A stretch of 63,605 nucleotides of DNA, filler included, from Octopus bimaculoides (GCF_001194135.2; 6 parts of 6 records of this genome joined end to end with filler, not necessarily neighbours in it); one strand, 5' to 3'; shown: positions 13,721 to 26,415, numbered from the whole stretch's first letter. Numbers and translations are program-made. Notes: generated from the sequence alone by a model not told the origin.

Positions 13721-14257
13721 NNNNNNNNNNNNNNNNNNNNNNNNNNNNNNNNNNNNNNNNNNNNNNNNNNNNNNNNNNNNNNNNNNNNNNNNNNNNNNNN
13801 NNNNNNNNNNNNNNNNNNNNNNNNNNNNNNNNNNNNNNNNNNNNNNNNNNNNNNNNNNNNNNNNNNNNNNNNNNNNNNNNNNNNNNNNNNNNNNNNNNNN
13901 NNNNNNNNNNNNNNNNNNNNNNNNNNNNNNNNNNNNNNNNNNNNNNNNNNNNNNNNNNNNNNNNNNNNNNNNNNNNNNNNNNNNNNNNNNNNNNNNNNNN
14001 NNNNNNNNNNNNNNNNNNNNNNNNNNNNNNNNNNNNNNNNNNNNNNNNNNNNNNNNNNNNNNNNNNNNNNNNNNNNNNNNNNNNNNNNNNNNNNNNNNNN
14101 NNNNNNNNNNNNNNNNNNNNTCCTCCATATTTTAAAGTGGCCACTCACTAGAGAGGCCTTTAGCCAACAGGTTTTGGAATCTGATGATATGTCGTAAAGC
14201 TAAACCCTTTATGGACTTGAAACCTAAGGTAATCCCATAAACCAGCCACACACACAC

Positions 14258-14312
<55 letters not shown>

Positions 14313-14539
14313 CACACTCACATTATATACATTACATATATGTAAGTGTGTGCATGTATGGGTGTAATCTGATGATAGTTATTCAAATCGCCAACTCCAT
14401 ACTTTGATCTTAAATAAAATGCATGTGACTACTGAGCTAAGAAGAAAGTGTAGTTTTAAATTGTCAACAATTCGAAACTGGGCAGTATGAATTTCCATAA
14501 GAGCAAAAGTACAGACCGTATCCTGAAATTAATGGTCAT

Positions 14540-14760
14540 CATCATTATCATCATCATCATCATTTAACGTCCGTTGTCCTTGCTGGTATGGGTTGGACGG
14601 TTTGACTGGGCTGGCATGCTGGAAAGCTGCACCAGACTCTAGTCTGATTTGGCATGGTTTTCTACAACTGGATGCCCTTCCTAACACCAACCTCTCCGAA
14701 AGTGCAATGGGTGCTTTTACATGCCACTGGTATAGGTGCCATTTACGTGCTACGGGCATG
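14540..14760 (-). mobile_element. Repeat family C
   Basis: (CAT)n tttaacgtcc...ggatgcccttcctaacaccaac. Confidence 0.75.
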
Positions 14761-15011
14761 GGTGCCACTTTGCATGGCAACAGTATCTGCTATGACTGCG
14801 ATTTTTCTAGGCTTCTTGATGGGTCTTCTTCTCAAGCACAACATAATGCCAAAGGTCTTGGTCATTGCTTCCATGAGGCCCAACACTCAAAAGGAACTCA
14901 GCCACTTTGCCATATTTTATAATTTCTCTAAGCATGAAATCCTGTAATGCAGGAGATAGCTTTATTTTCAATTAGATTTTTGACGATCATTACATTTGCT
15001 ATGTTAACAGG

Positions 15012-15197
15012 CACAGGTATAGCCGTGTGGTTAAGAAGCTTGCTATGCAACCATATGGTTTCAGGTTCAGTTCTAGTGCTTGGTACTTTTAGCAAGTGTC
15101 TTCTACTATAGCCTCCCTCCCTCCCTCCTTCCCTCCCCAGCTGCCTTGTGGGTAAATTTAGTAAAGAGAAACTGTATGGAAACCTTCTCTCTTTCGT

Positions 15198-15275
<78 letters not shown>

Positions 15276-15390
15276 TGTATATGTATGTTTGTGCCTGTGT
15301 TTATACCCCTCACCACTTTGTCAATATGTTCAACTAAAATCTTTGAAGGTGGTGCCCCAGCATGGCTGCAGTCCAATAACTGAAACATGT
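15012..15390 (+). mobile_element. SINE family B, degenerate
   Basis: ggcacaggtatagccgtgtggttaagaagc head; ggtggtgccccagcatggc 3' part. Confidence 0.7.
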
Positions 15391-16554
15391 GAAAGAAAAA
15401 GGCAAACACTAATTCAGATAAAATAATTCACAGATGTGCTGTCTCCGCTCTACTTTGTGTCCTTTCTATACCTACTTCAATAGCCTCTACTCCTCAGAGC
15501 TGGGCACACTCAAATAGTTCAACACTCATCTTTTCCCTCCAGTCACTATATTGTGTTCACCACCTTAGCCGTTGGATTAACCAGTGCATCCAGTCATTTG
15601 TCCCCATAATGTTGGCCCTCTGGAATCCTACCTGGGTGCATATTTTTTTTTCTGCAGCTGTTGACTTACAATTATTTAAGCTAAGTATTAGCTGCATTGA
15701 CTGACTTGTCTTGAAGGGTCTGCTGCTTCTTCCAGACCAAACCAGAGGAAAAATAAAAGGGGGATTGAGCATTGAGAGTGAAAGAAACATCTGGTGGAAG
15801 AGGCTGAAGTACTTACAAAGCTCTTCATCACCTGATGAGATATCAGCTCCTGCATCCAGAGATAGAGTGTAGCAGCACCCTAAAATGTGCCAGCTTCAAG
15901 TGAGTATAGTATTGTATAACTACAACAAGAGTTGATAAGTTATTGTTGTAATCCAATAAGTTTTAAATGCATTTTATATAAAATGTATTGACATATGAAA
16001 TTGAAAAAATAATATAAAAGCATAAAGCTTTCCCTAATAAAAGTGTGTGTTCAGTGGGTCGGGGTGAGGTTTTGCAACCTGATATCATGTATTATACATA
16101 TCCCTAATTGATTTTAGCTGAAATAAAGTGTATATTATGCATGAAGTTTTATGACAATTTTAATCTATATGAATTTTTTTTTAATGATTTAAGTTTCACA
16201 ATTAAAGCATGGAAGGCTCATTTTAGTCACTAAAAAACCCAAATAATTAATTTGGTGGCAAATTTTTATCATACACTCTTCAATCTGGTCATTGAAACAG
16301 TTCCATTCCAATTGGTCTGAAACTAGGTTGTTGACCAATATATACAAACCTCAGGGTTTTAAACTTAAATTGTTTTTTTTTGCCTTTTTACCTTTCCCTC
16401 TCATCTGTATAAGTAAGTCATTCAAAATGTCATCATATGGTACCCATTCAAAGTCAGTTACTTTAACAATTAGTTGGAATATGTAGTTGTTGAATGTATT
16501 CTCTTTCTCTCTTTCTTCCTTTCATCTCTCAGTATAATGTCATTGTACAGTCAT

Positions 16555-16800
16555 TCATCGTCATCATCATCAACATTTAATGTCCGTTTTCCATGCTGGC
16601 ATGGGTTGGTTGGCTTGACAGGAACTGATGGGGCCAGGGGCTGCACCAGGTTCCATAGTCTGTTTTGACATTGTTTCTATGGCTGAATGCTCCTCCTAGT
16701 GCCAGCCACTTTAGAGAATGTACTGGGTGCTTTTATGTGGCACCATCACTAGTACTTTTTACATGGCACCATCACCCACATCAATGCTTTTTATGTGGCA
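16555..16800 (-). mobile_element. Repeat family C
   Basis: (CAT)n tttaatgtccgttttccatgctggcatgggttgg. Confidence 0.75.
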
Positions 16801-17645
16801 CTTTAGTTTTAGGATCTCAATTCTGTTGTGGTGGGCAGGTCTTTTTGAATACAGCAATGCATGACATATCTCAGTCCTCTGTCATCTTCATAAGGCTCAG
16901 TGTTTTGAAGTTTTCTTTGGTCTCCCTCTTCCACAACTTCCCTCCACAAGTGGAATCATAATTTAATCATTTCAAAGATGAGAATCTATCAGCTCATGAC
17001 CACAGAACACAGAAGGGTTGACACAAGCTGTGTATGGGGAGTGGGACTTGTAGTACCAGCTGCAGTAGAACTGCTGCTGCTACTATTACAATATTTAAAT
17101 TCATTTTCATTTATTTAAATTCTGGAGTTGTCTCACTTGCTACACTTAATTAGAATTAATAATTCAACTGGTAATTATTTTGTCCTTATTACAAATCTAA
17201 ATTAAAAAAAAAATATATGGTTAACTATAGTTAAATAAGTTTGTGTCTACCATGAATATTAAATCAATTGTCTGGTTACTATGAATGTTTCTTTTAACTT
17301 TGTGTTTTGTTTCTTTATCTTTATAAACAAGATAAGACATTTTTTTTGTTGCTTTTATGTTATTGAGGACAAGAGAATGTTCAGATAGGTTAAAACTGAA
17401 CTTGTAAGAAATATCTTTATATACTGATGGAACAGACACATTTATTTCAGTGTGTTGTTCAATAAATTCTCTTCTTTTTCAAAAGACTCTATACAAAAAT
17501 TATTAATCTCATCTTAAAACATAAATGTGGTCTTGGGTTCAGTGCCACTGAGTGCCACCGTGGGTGAGTGGCTTTTACAATGATCCCAGGCTGATCAAAG
17601 CTTTGTAAGTGAATTTGGATGTCATTAAACTGACAGAAGCTCATC

Positions 17646-17676
<31 letters not shown>

Positions 17677-17769
17677 TGTATGTATGTATGTATATGTATA
17701 TATGTATGTGTGTGTGTATGTATGTATGTGTATGAATATGTGTGTGTGTGTGTATGTGTGTGTGTGTGT

Positions 17770-18010
17770 GATCATCATCATCATTATCAGCAGCAGCATT
17801 GTTTAACGTCCACTTTCCATACTGACATGGGTTGGACAGTTTGACATGGAGCTGGCTAGCAGTGAACTGTTCTAACTTCAACTATTTCTATGGCTGGATG
17901 CCCTTCCTAATACCAACCACTTAACAAAGTGTGTTGGATGCTTTTTATGTGCCACCGGCACAAGTGTGTTTATGCAGCACCAGCAGGAATGCTTTTTAAG
18001 TGGCACTGGC
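17770..18010 (-). mobile_element. Repeat family C
   Basis: gtttaacgtccactttccat...ggatgcccttcctaataccaaccac. Confidence 0.75.
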
Positions 18011-18380
18011 ACCTGAAAGGACAAGCCTTCGTTAAAGATAGTAGGGGTCATTTGCCTGCAACTTCTATCAAATTATGGGACTACATAAAGAGCCTCTCAT
18101 AAGATCCTTGGCACATACCATATCAACAATATTACACTGTTCTTTGCAAGGTCAGGCAGCTCTTAATGATCCAATGATCCAGGTAACTTAGCTGATGATA
18201 GGTACAAGTATAGTTTGATAGGTACCAGTATAGTTTGAAATGCTTGTGAGAAGTTGTCATATTGTGGTACTAAAAGTACTTCATGAGTTCAGTATTTCTG
18301 TACTGAAATTCTCTTAGATCTTAAAAATCAATAGGAAAATATCATAACACTCCACCACCCACGAAATCACCTCTAGCTAG

Positions 18381-18867
18381 CTATGTGACACACATACCTG
18401 TGTCCATTATAGCCTTCGAACAGGGGAGGTCAGCTGCTTCCCCTTGCTGGTTTGACATCCACAGACTAGTTTCAGGGTAGTTGCCCCCTATCAATGTGGA
18501 GTAGCCAAACCCAGCAGGCGTCGCTACTAACCGACTGTTTGAAGGTTTATTCATCCTATTTTCCTGTACTGCCATGTTAGTTTGGCGATAACTATTAATA
18601 TCCAGTACCGCTGCTGTAGTCTCCTTTAGAGAGATTTAGAAATATTAATATTTCTATTTTTGAAAACCAGTGGATGTATTCCACTGAATTTAGGTAAATA
18701 AACCTTCAGACAGTTAGTCAGCAGTGACACCTGCTGGGTTCGGCTACTCCACATTGATAAGGGGCAACTACCTCGAAACTAGTCTGTGGATGTCAAACCT
18801 ACAAGGGGAAGCTGCTGACCTCCCCTGTTCGAAGGTTATAATGGACACAGGTTTGTGTGTCACATAG
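18381..18867. mobile_element. Foldback/MITE with about 170-bp inverted arms
   Basis: 18381-18551 is the reverse complement of 18697-18867 with scattered mismatches. Confidence 0.85.
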
Positions 18868-19543
18868 TGATAAATTCAGGTTTAGAAAAAAAAACTCCCA
18901 AAAGGGGGAGGCGTTGTGTGGACGCCCCCAGACGATAAGTAGGCTAGTCCAATACGTATAAATAGTAGACATGATAGCTAGACGAGAAACATCGCATAGA
19001 GCGAGCCGGAGTCGTTGGTAGACTAGATGTCAAGTTCTGTTGAGTTGAGTCGTCGGAAGTGAGATTTCGGTAGTTGAGTAGAGGTATGTTATTGGTGAAG
19101 GCACACCATCCAAATGTGTGATATAACACATAGCTAGCTAGAGGCGATGGCCTTTTGGAGCTAATCAACGGCAGCATTCATCCTATTTTCCTGGACTATC
19201 ATGTTAGATTGGCGATAACTATTAATATCCAATACTGCTGTTGTAGTGTCCTTTAGAGAGATTTAGAAATATTAATATTTCTCTCTCTCTATATATATAT
19301 ATATAGAATATACCATTTACTAGTTATTCCTTTATGTACTTTATTGATTTTTAGAATTAGGTTTTTATGATATATTTTTTTTCTAGAGGGTATGAATTAC
19401 ATTCTTCATTATTGAATTGTTTAATAGTGGCTTCTCTCTGGAAATTATATTTTATAAATCGACAGACTACGCTGATGATCCTGCAGATATTTACTTATGT
19501 AAATTTTAACAGGTGAAACCATTATTTTTTGCACATATAAAAA

Positions 19544-19576
<33 letters not shown>

Positions 19577-19676
19577 NNNNNNNNNNNNNNNNNNNNNNNN
19601 NNNNNNNNNNNNNNNNNNNNTTAATTAATTAANNNNNNNNNNNNNNNNNNNNNNNNNNNNNNNNNNNNNNNNNNNN
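19577..19676. other. Synthetic scaffold spacer
   Basis: Same 44+12+44 design. Confidence 0.92.
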
Positions 19677-19722
<46 letters not shown>

Positions 19723-19769
19723 GTATTGCATTTAGTAGGTGGAGATAATAAAATTAGTTGAATACGTAC

Positions 19770-19877
19770 GGTCGTCTGCCGATAATTGTTGACGATATAT
19801 AAAAGGTACATTGAGACGAGGACACCAATGAAAAGGCATATCGCTGCTACGATGCTCAAAATAAGATGATTATCAAT
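19770..19877 (-). CDS. Transmembrane-encoding exon of an unidentified micro-exon gene (108 nt, phase 0-0)
   Basis: Acceptor tttttgtctgttctattttacag and donor ACC|gtacgt. Only one frame is open: IDNHLILSIVAAICLFIGVLVSMYLLYIVNNYRQTT, with a hydrophobic helix of about 25 aa. Confidence 0.8.
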
Positions 19878-20227
19878 CTGTAAAATAGAACAGACAAAAA
19901 ACGATGAAATAACAACTAGAGTTGAATGGTAATGTATAGATAGACTTCTATAGCCTGGACTGTGGATAGCTAAGTACCTTAATGATAAACACCTCATAGC
20001 ATATGATACGACATTGGGACACCAGGTTTAAGGACTGGAGATCGATATTTGCAATGAGAGGTTTTCTGTTACTATTCATTAGTTTGTATAACGCTTCTGA
20101 ATTATCTCCCCTTTCGTGAGAATAATATTGTTCATTAACCGATAATTCCTGCCTCTTCAGGTTTCTATCTCTTTGAATTATATTGATTTCAAAGGTATTG
20201 ATACGCTAACAATAAATAAATAGATAA

Positions 20228-20259
<32 letters not shown>

Positions 20260-20295
20260 GTCTGTCTGTCTGTCTGTCTGTCTGCCTTTCCGTCC

Positions 20296-20347
<52 letters not shown>

Positions 20348-20386
20348 GTCCCTCTATCTATATATCTATCTATCTATCTATCTTAT

Positions 20387-20448
<62 letters not shown>

Positions 20449-20620
20449 GTATGGCTGTCCGTATATCTATGTATCTGTCTGTCTCTCTGTGTGTCTCTCT
20501 GTGTGTCTCTCTGTCTGTCTCTCTGTCTGTCCGTCCATCCGTCTGGCTGTCTGTCTATCTGTATGTCTATCTATCTGTATGTCTGTTTGCCCGTCTATGT
20601 ATGCATGTATGCATGCAAGC
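20228..20620. repeat. (ATCT)n/(GTCT)n compound microsatellite
   Basis: Read directly from the sequence. Confidence 0.95.
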
Positions 20621-20711
20621 AGTCGCCCGTCTATCTCCCTACATCTATGAGAGAAACATCAACATTTATTCTTTGTTATTCGAAAAGTATTAATGGAGAA
20701 TTTATACTTAC

Positions 20712-20723
20712 ACTAACATAAAG
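20712..20723 (-). CDS. 12-nt micro-exon (LYVS)
   Basis: ctattttctcgtttcag|CTTTATGTTAGT|gtaagt. Confidence 0.75.
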
Positions 20724-20768
20724 CTGAAACGAGAAAATAGCAAAGGAAGAATTAATATATTTTCAAAT

Positions 20769-20816
<48 letters not shown>

Positions 20817-21931
20817 TGCATACATACATACACACGTTTGTGCATTTGTGTTTGTATATATATATATATATATATATATATACAAACACAAATATATATA
20901 TATATATATATGTTTATATATATATATATATTTATATATATAATATATATGTTTATATATATATATATATAATATATATGTTTATATATATNNNNNNNNN
21001 NNNNNNNNNNNNNNNNNNNNNNNNNNNNNNNNNNNNNNNNNNNNNNNNNNNNNNNNNNNNNNNNNNNNNNNNNNNNNNNNNNNNNNNNNNNNNNNNNNNN
21101 NNNNNNNNNNNNNNNNNNNNNNNNNNNNNNNNNNNNNNNNNNNNNNNNNNNNNNNNNNNNNNNNNNNNNNNNNNNNNNNNNNNNNNNNNNNNNNNNNNNN
21201 NNNNNNNNNNNNNNNNNNNNNNNNNNNNNNNNNNNNNNNNNNNNNNNNNNNNNNNNNNNNNNNNNNNNNNNNNNNNNNNNNNNNNNNNNNNNNNNNNNNN
21301 NNNNNNNNNNNNNNNNNNNNNNNNNNNNNNNNNNNNNNNNNNNNNNNNNNNNNNNNNNNNNNNNNNNNNNNNNNNNNNNNNNNNNNNNNNNNNNNNNNNN
21401 NNNNNNNNNNNNNNNNNNNNNNNNNNNNNNNNNNNNNNNNNNNNNNNNNNNNNNNNNNNNNNNNNNNNNNNNNNNNNNNNNNNNNNNNNNNNNNNNNNNN
21501 NNNNNNNNNNNNNNNNNNNNNNNNNNNNNNNNNNNNNNNNNNNNNNNNNNNNNNNNNNNNNNNNNNNNNNNNNNNNNNNNNNNNNNNNNNNNNNNNNNNN
21601 NNNNNNNNNNNNNNNNNNNNNNNNNNNNNNNNNNNNNNNNNNNNNNNNNNNNNNNNNNNNNNNNNNNNNNNNNNNNNNNNNNNNNNNNNNNNNNNNNNNN
21701 NNNNNNNNNNNNNNNNNNNNNNNNNNNNNNNNNNNNNNNNNNNNNNNNNNNNNNNNNNNNNNNNNNNNNNNNNNNNNNNNNNNNNNNNNNNNNNNNNNNN
21801 NNNNNNNNNNNNNNNNNNNNNNNNNNNNNNNNNNNNNNNNNNNNNNNNNNNNNNNNNNNNNNNNNNNNNNNNNNNNNNNNNNNNNNNNNNNNNNNNNNNN
21901 NNNNNNNNNNNNNNNAATTGTTTGTACTTAC

Positions 21932-21943
21932 GGCAGCCTTAAC
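21932..21943 (-). CDS. 12-nt micro-exon (VKAA)
   Basis: catatttcaatttcag|GTTAAGGCTGCC|gtaagt. Confidence 0.75.
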
Positions 21944-22069
21944 CTGAAATTGAAATATGTGAAATTAATAATTCAAAGAATCAAAATAATGTTAAAAACG
22001 TTCATTTTTAAAATGTCAACTGGTACAGAACCACAGAGACATTAAATTAACAACATACATACAGATATA

Positions 22070-22262
22070 CTTTTCTACTCTAGGCACAAGGCCTGAAATT
22101 TTGTGGGAGGGGACCAGTCGATTAAATCGATCCCGGTAAGCAACTGGTACTTAATTTATCGACCCCGAAAGGATGAAAGGCAAAGTCAACCTCGGGGAAT
22201 TTGAACTCAGAATGTAAAGACAGACGAAATACCGTTAAGCATTTCGCCAGCTCACCGCCTTA
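22070..22262 (-). mobile_element. SINE family A
   Basis: caactggtacttaatttatcgaccccgaaaggatgaaaggcaaagtcaacctc; sits in a micro-exon intron. Confidence 0.8.
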
Positions 22263-22570
22263 CATACATACAGATGTAGCACATAAAACACACAGGTACA
22301 CACACGCTTACACATACACACTCACACGCACATATATATGCATATATACATCCGCCATATGTGTGTACATATATGTGGGTCTATATGTATGTATGTATGT
22401 ATGTATGTATTCCTTTCTCTTTTACTTGTTTCAGTTATCTGACTGCGGCCAACAGCAACAGCAGCAACAACAGCAACAACAACAACAACAACAACAGCAA
22501 CAACAGCAACAACGTAACAAAGAATACCGACTTTAATTTTCGAGATTATTAACAAAGATTTTATAATTAC

Positions 22571-22582
22571 CTCATCGTTAAC
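22571..22582 (-). CDS. 12-nt micro-exon (VNDE)
   Basis: tttcttgtcatttcag|GTTAACGATGAG|gtaatt. Confidence 0.75.
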
Positions 22583-23722
22583 CTGAAATGACAAGAAATA
22601 AACATATAAATAAGAATAAAATAAGATAAATATATTAAAATAAATTATTTAACAATCAATATATTTGTTTAATATGTTCTCAGTTGTAAATATACACAAA
22701 TGCAGAGCCGCAGAGATACATCGACACACNNNNNNNNNNNNNNNNNNNNNNNNNNNNNNNNNNNNNNNNNNNNNNNNNNNNNNNNNNNNNNNNNNNNNNN
22801 NNNNNNNNNNNNNNNNNNNNNNNNNNNNNNNNNNNNNNNNNNNNNNNNNNNNNNNNNNNNNNNNNNNNNNNNNNNNNNNNNNNNNNNNNNNNNNNNNNNN
22901 NNNNNNNNNNNNNNNNNNNNNNNNNNNNNNNNNNNNNNNNNNNNNNNNNNNNNNNNNNNNNNNNNNNNNNNNNNNNNNNNNNNNNNNNNNNNNNNNNNNN
23001 NNNNNNNNNNNNNNNNNNNNNNNNNNNNNNNNNNNNNNNNNNNNNNNNNNNNNNNNNNNNNNNNNNNNNNNNNNNNNNNNNNNNNNNNNNNNNNNNNNNN
23101 NNNNNNNNNNNNNNNNNNNNNNNNNNNNNNNNNNNNNNNNNNNNNNNNNNNNNNNNNNNNNNNNNNNNNNNNNNNNNNNNNNNNNNNNNNNNNNNNNNNN
23201 NNNNNNNNNNNNNNNNNNNNNNNNNNNNNNNNNNNNNNNNNNNNNNNNNNNNNNNNNNNNNNNNNNNNNNNNNNNNNNNNNNNNNNNNNNNNNNNNNNNN
23301 NNNNNNNNNNNNNNNNNNNNNNNNNNNNNNNNNNNNNNNNNNNNNNNNNNNNNNNNNNNNNNNNNNNNNNNNNNNNNNNNNNNNNNNNNNNNNNATATAT
23401 ATATATATAAAACAGTTTGCATGAAACCGAAAGATTTCTCAATGCTATTTAGTATTCAGCCTGCTCTCCTTCAACAAACGGAAACTTTGAAGACTCATTT
23501 TGTCTTTTACCTATTCAAAGAATTCTATTTCTCCGAATAAGTGAAATAAACGGTCGGTGTAAAGAGAGGTAATTCTCACGAGCTAACAATCTTATTCATT
23601 ACGTACGATTCACGTCTCTTTACATCTATCGCTCGGTCATCCCTTGACACGTATTAATTATTATTACTATTATTATTGATAATTAAGTATTACAGAAATA
23701 TTGGCAAAGAGTTTATACTCAC

Positions 23723-23734
23723 AACATCGTTAAA
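23723..23734 (-). CDS. 12-nt micro-exon (FNDV)
   Basis: ttatttatcatttcag|TTTAACGATGTT|gtgagt. Confidence 0.75.
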
Positions 23735-23924
23735 CTGAAATGATAAATAATGCAATATACATAAAAAAAGAAGAAAGTATTAATTATATACATAAATAAA
23801 ATGAATATATTTTACAATCAATACAATTTTTAATACAAGCAAATACATTCACGCACACAAACATTACACGCGCGCATACACACATACACACGTAGCATAG
23901 TTAAGTATTACATATGGCCTAATT

Positions 23925-24150
23925 ACTAGGATGTTCCAATCGCGATAGCAAGGTCATGATTTCGATTCCCCGGACTGGGCCGCACGTTGTGTTCTTGAGC
24001 AATACTCTTCATTTCACGCTGTTCCCATCTACTCTGCTGCAAATCCCTGACACGGATTGGCATCGCGTCTGGGAAGAGGAATGTTGTTGTGCCTGCGGAG
24101 CCAGCGAGGTGACACCATTCGAAAGCCACAACAACGTGACCAACGTCTGA
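23925..24150 (+). mobile_element. tRNA-head SINE, D-like
   Basis: B box atttcgattcc followed by gttgtgttcttgagcaa.ac.cttcatttcac. Confidence 0.6.
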
Positions 24151-24284
24151 TGGTTGAGGTGATGCACCGATTCACTGCTATTCAAATAGAGACTGTAAAA
24201 TATGCCAGGAATGTTAATAGAAATACATTCTCAGTATAATACCGGTCTGAAACAGTTTTAATATAATGTAATTTCAACCTGTTT

Positions 24285-24482
24285 CAGTTACTTTTACTCG
24301 TTGCGGCCATGCTACAGCACCGCCATGAAGAATTTTTTGTCAAATGATTCGAGACTAGCATTTATTGTTTTTAAAGCTTGGTACTTATTCTATCGGACCC
24401 TTTTGCCGAGCCAGTAGGTTACATAGACGTAAACACACCAACACCGGTTGTCAAGCGGTACGTGGAGGAAACAAACAAAAGT

Positions 24483-24524
<42 letters not shown>

Positions 24525-24668
24525 GACAGACTTCTTTAAGTTTACGTCTACCAAATCGTCTGGCAATGGTTTGGTTGGTCCGAGACTTAGAAGAGACATA
24601 GCCAAAAGTTCCACGGAGTGGGACTGAACCCGGAACCATGTGGTTGGGAAGCTAACATATTACCACAC
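24285..24668 (-). mobile_element. SINE family B
   Basis: Same consensus motifs. Confidence 0.8.
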
Positions 24669-24734
24669 AGACAATATAATATCCATATTATATTTATCAA
24701 TCGAATTTCGATATTCATATTGCTTTCAAGTTCG

Positions 24735-24872
24735 ATGTAAGTCGATTACATCGACCCCAGTACTCAACTGGTCACTGTTTTATCGATAGCGACAGGACGA
24801 AAGGCTAAGTCGGCTCTGCCGGGATTGGAACTCAGAAAGTAATGACGGATGAAATGCTTCTAAGCATTTCAC
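24735..24872 (-). mobile_element. SINE family A, partial
   Basis: aagtcgattacatcgaccccagtactcaactgg. Confidence 0.7.
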
Positions 24873-25029
24873 CTTTTTCGATTTATGGATACGATATAAA
24901 TATGAGATCAATAAGATATAAATATAATGTAATATCAATATAAAGTCAATGTAAACACGGTTACGTGCGTTAGTGAGTCCGAGAATATTGAAGGTGCGGG
25001 ATATTAAAGAGAGGAGTTTGCAGAGACAC

Positions 25030-25200
25030 CCAGATAGATAGGTAGATAGATGGACAGACAGACGGGTAGGTAGGTAGGTAGGTAGGTAGGTAGGTAGGCA
25101 GACAGGCAGGCAGGCAGGTAGGTAGGTAGGTAGGTAGGTAGGCAGACAGGCAGGCAGGCAGGTAGGTAGGTAGGTAGGTAGGTAGGTAGGTAGGTAGGTG
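25030..25200. repeat. Compound tetranucleotide repeat (AGAT)(AGAC)(AGGT)n(AGGC)n
   Basis: Read directly from the sequence. Confidence 0.95.
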
Positions 25201-25388
25201 GGGAAGGAATGGATACCGTGGTTAGTGTGAGGCCGGAGGGAGTTTGGCATAAAAAAGTGTTATGAGTNNNNNNNNNNNNNNNNNNNNNNNNNNNNNNNNN
25301 NNNNNNNNNNNNNNNNNNNNNNNNNNNNNNNNNNNNNNNNNNNNNNNNNNNNNNNNNNNNNNNNNNNNNNNNNNNNNNNNNNNNNNNN

Positions 25389-25439
<51 letters not shown>

Positions 25440-25440
<1 letters not shown>

Positions 25441-26090
25441 GGGGTGGAGAAATAGCATGACTGTGGGTCGGAGGCTGGAAAGTGTGTCTGCTAATGATGG
25501 TGATCTCAGTGAACTTTCTCTGAACGTGATTCTGAATGTTAACGCGTGCAGCAGCAGTAAACTCCCGGATGTAGGGTCGGGGATCCATCGTGGGCCCCAC
25601 CTGAGTCTTGTAGAGGGTCGCAGCTAGATCTTCAGTGATAGTACGACACAGCATTTAGAAGTAACTATCGGGGCTGAAGCTGAGTACCACTCATGTTTAC
25701 TAGGGTGTGTGGTGGGGATGTTTTCTTGATATGAGTGCAACTTGAGATTTTTTTACAGAGATAAGGTTGGCATGGCTTCCCTGGAGGATGGTCCCAAGGT
25801 TTCCATTTATGGAATCAAGGAAGGTTTGGTATGTGGTGCCTAGGTTGTGTGAAGATGTTGCATGGTTCGGGAAAAAGTGAAGGATCGTGTTATCTGCATA
25901 AGAATAGGCATTACTGAGTGTGGTGGTGGCAAGAAAGGGATTGATGTATAAAAGGAAGTGAGAAAGGGAGGAACAGAACCGAACCCTGAGGGAACACCAG
26001 AGTTGATTGAGAGTGGGGAATGAAAGAGCCCCGTCATCACATGCTGTAATAGAGCGATGAAATAGGGAGCTGAGGTCGTGCAGATAACGT
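25440..26090 (-). mobile_element. CR1/L2/Jockey-group LINE RT fragment
   Basis: INSGVP(S)G..V.PFL...YIN....AYSYADNTIL, a degenerate QG/YADD region. Confidence 0.7.
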
Positions 26091-26179
26091 CTAAAACTTA
26101 TCAGCCTCGAACCATTTAAGCTTTTTTCTACTTCATTAAATATCTAAACTTGTGCGTTTATTTGCAATTCTGTTGTTAC

Positions 26180-26415
26180 TTCTAAGTCAGGTCCCTGGTC
26201 GAAAAGAACCTTCTTCCCTGTAAAAAGTGACCGAGCACGCCACAGACACGGGAACCCTTAACGTAGTTCTTGGGGAGATTCAGCATGACACAGAATGTGA
26301 CAAGGCTGTCCCCTTTTGAATTACAGGTACGACTCATTTTCGCTGAGGCAGCAGGTAATTTAGTGTCTTGCTCCAGGAGACAACACGTCGCCTCCGAAAT
26401 CGAACTCACAACCTA
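26180..26415 (-). mobile_element. SINE family D, partial
   Basis: Shares cccttaacgtagttct.ggggagattcagc.tga.acagaatgtgacaaggctg with 59881-60290. Confidence 0.75.
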
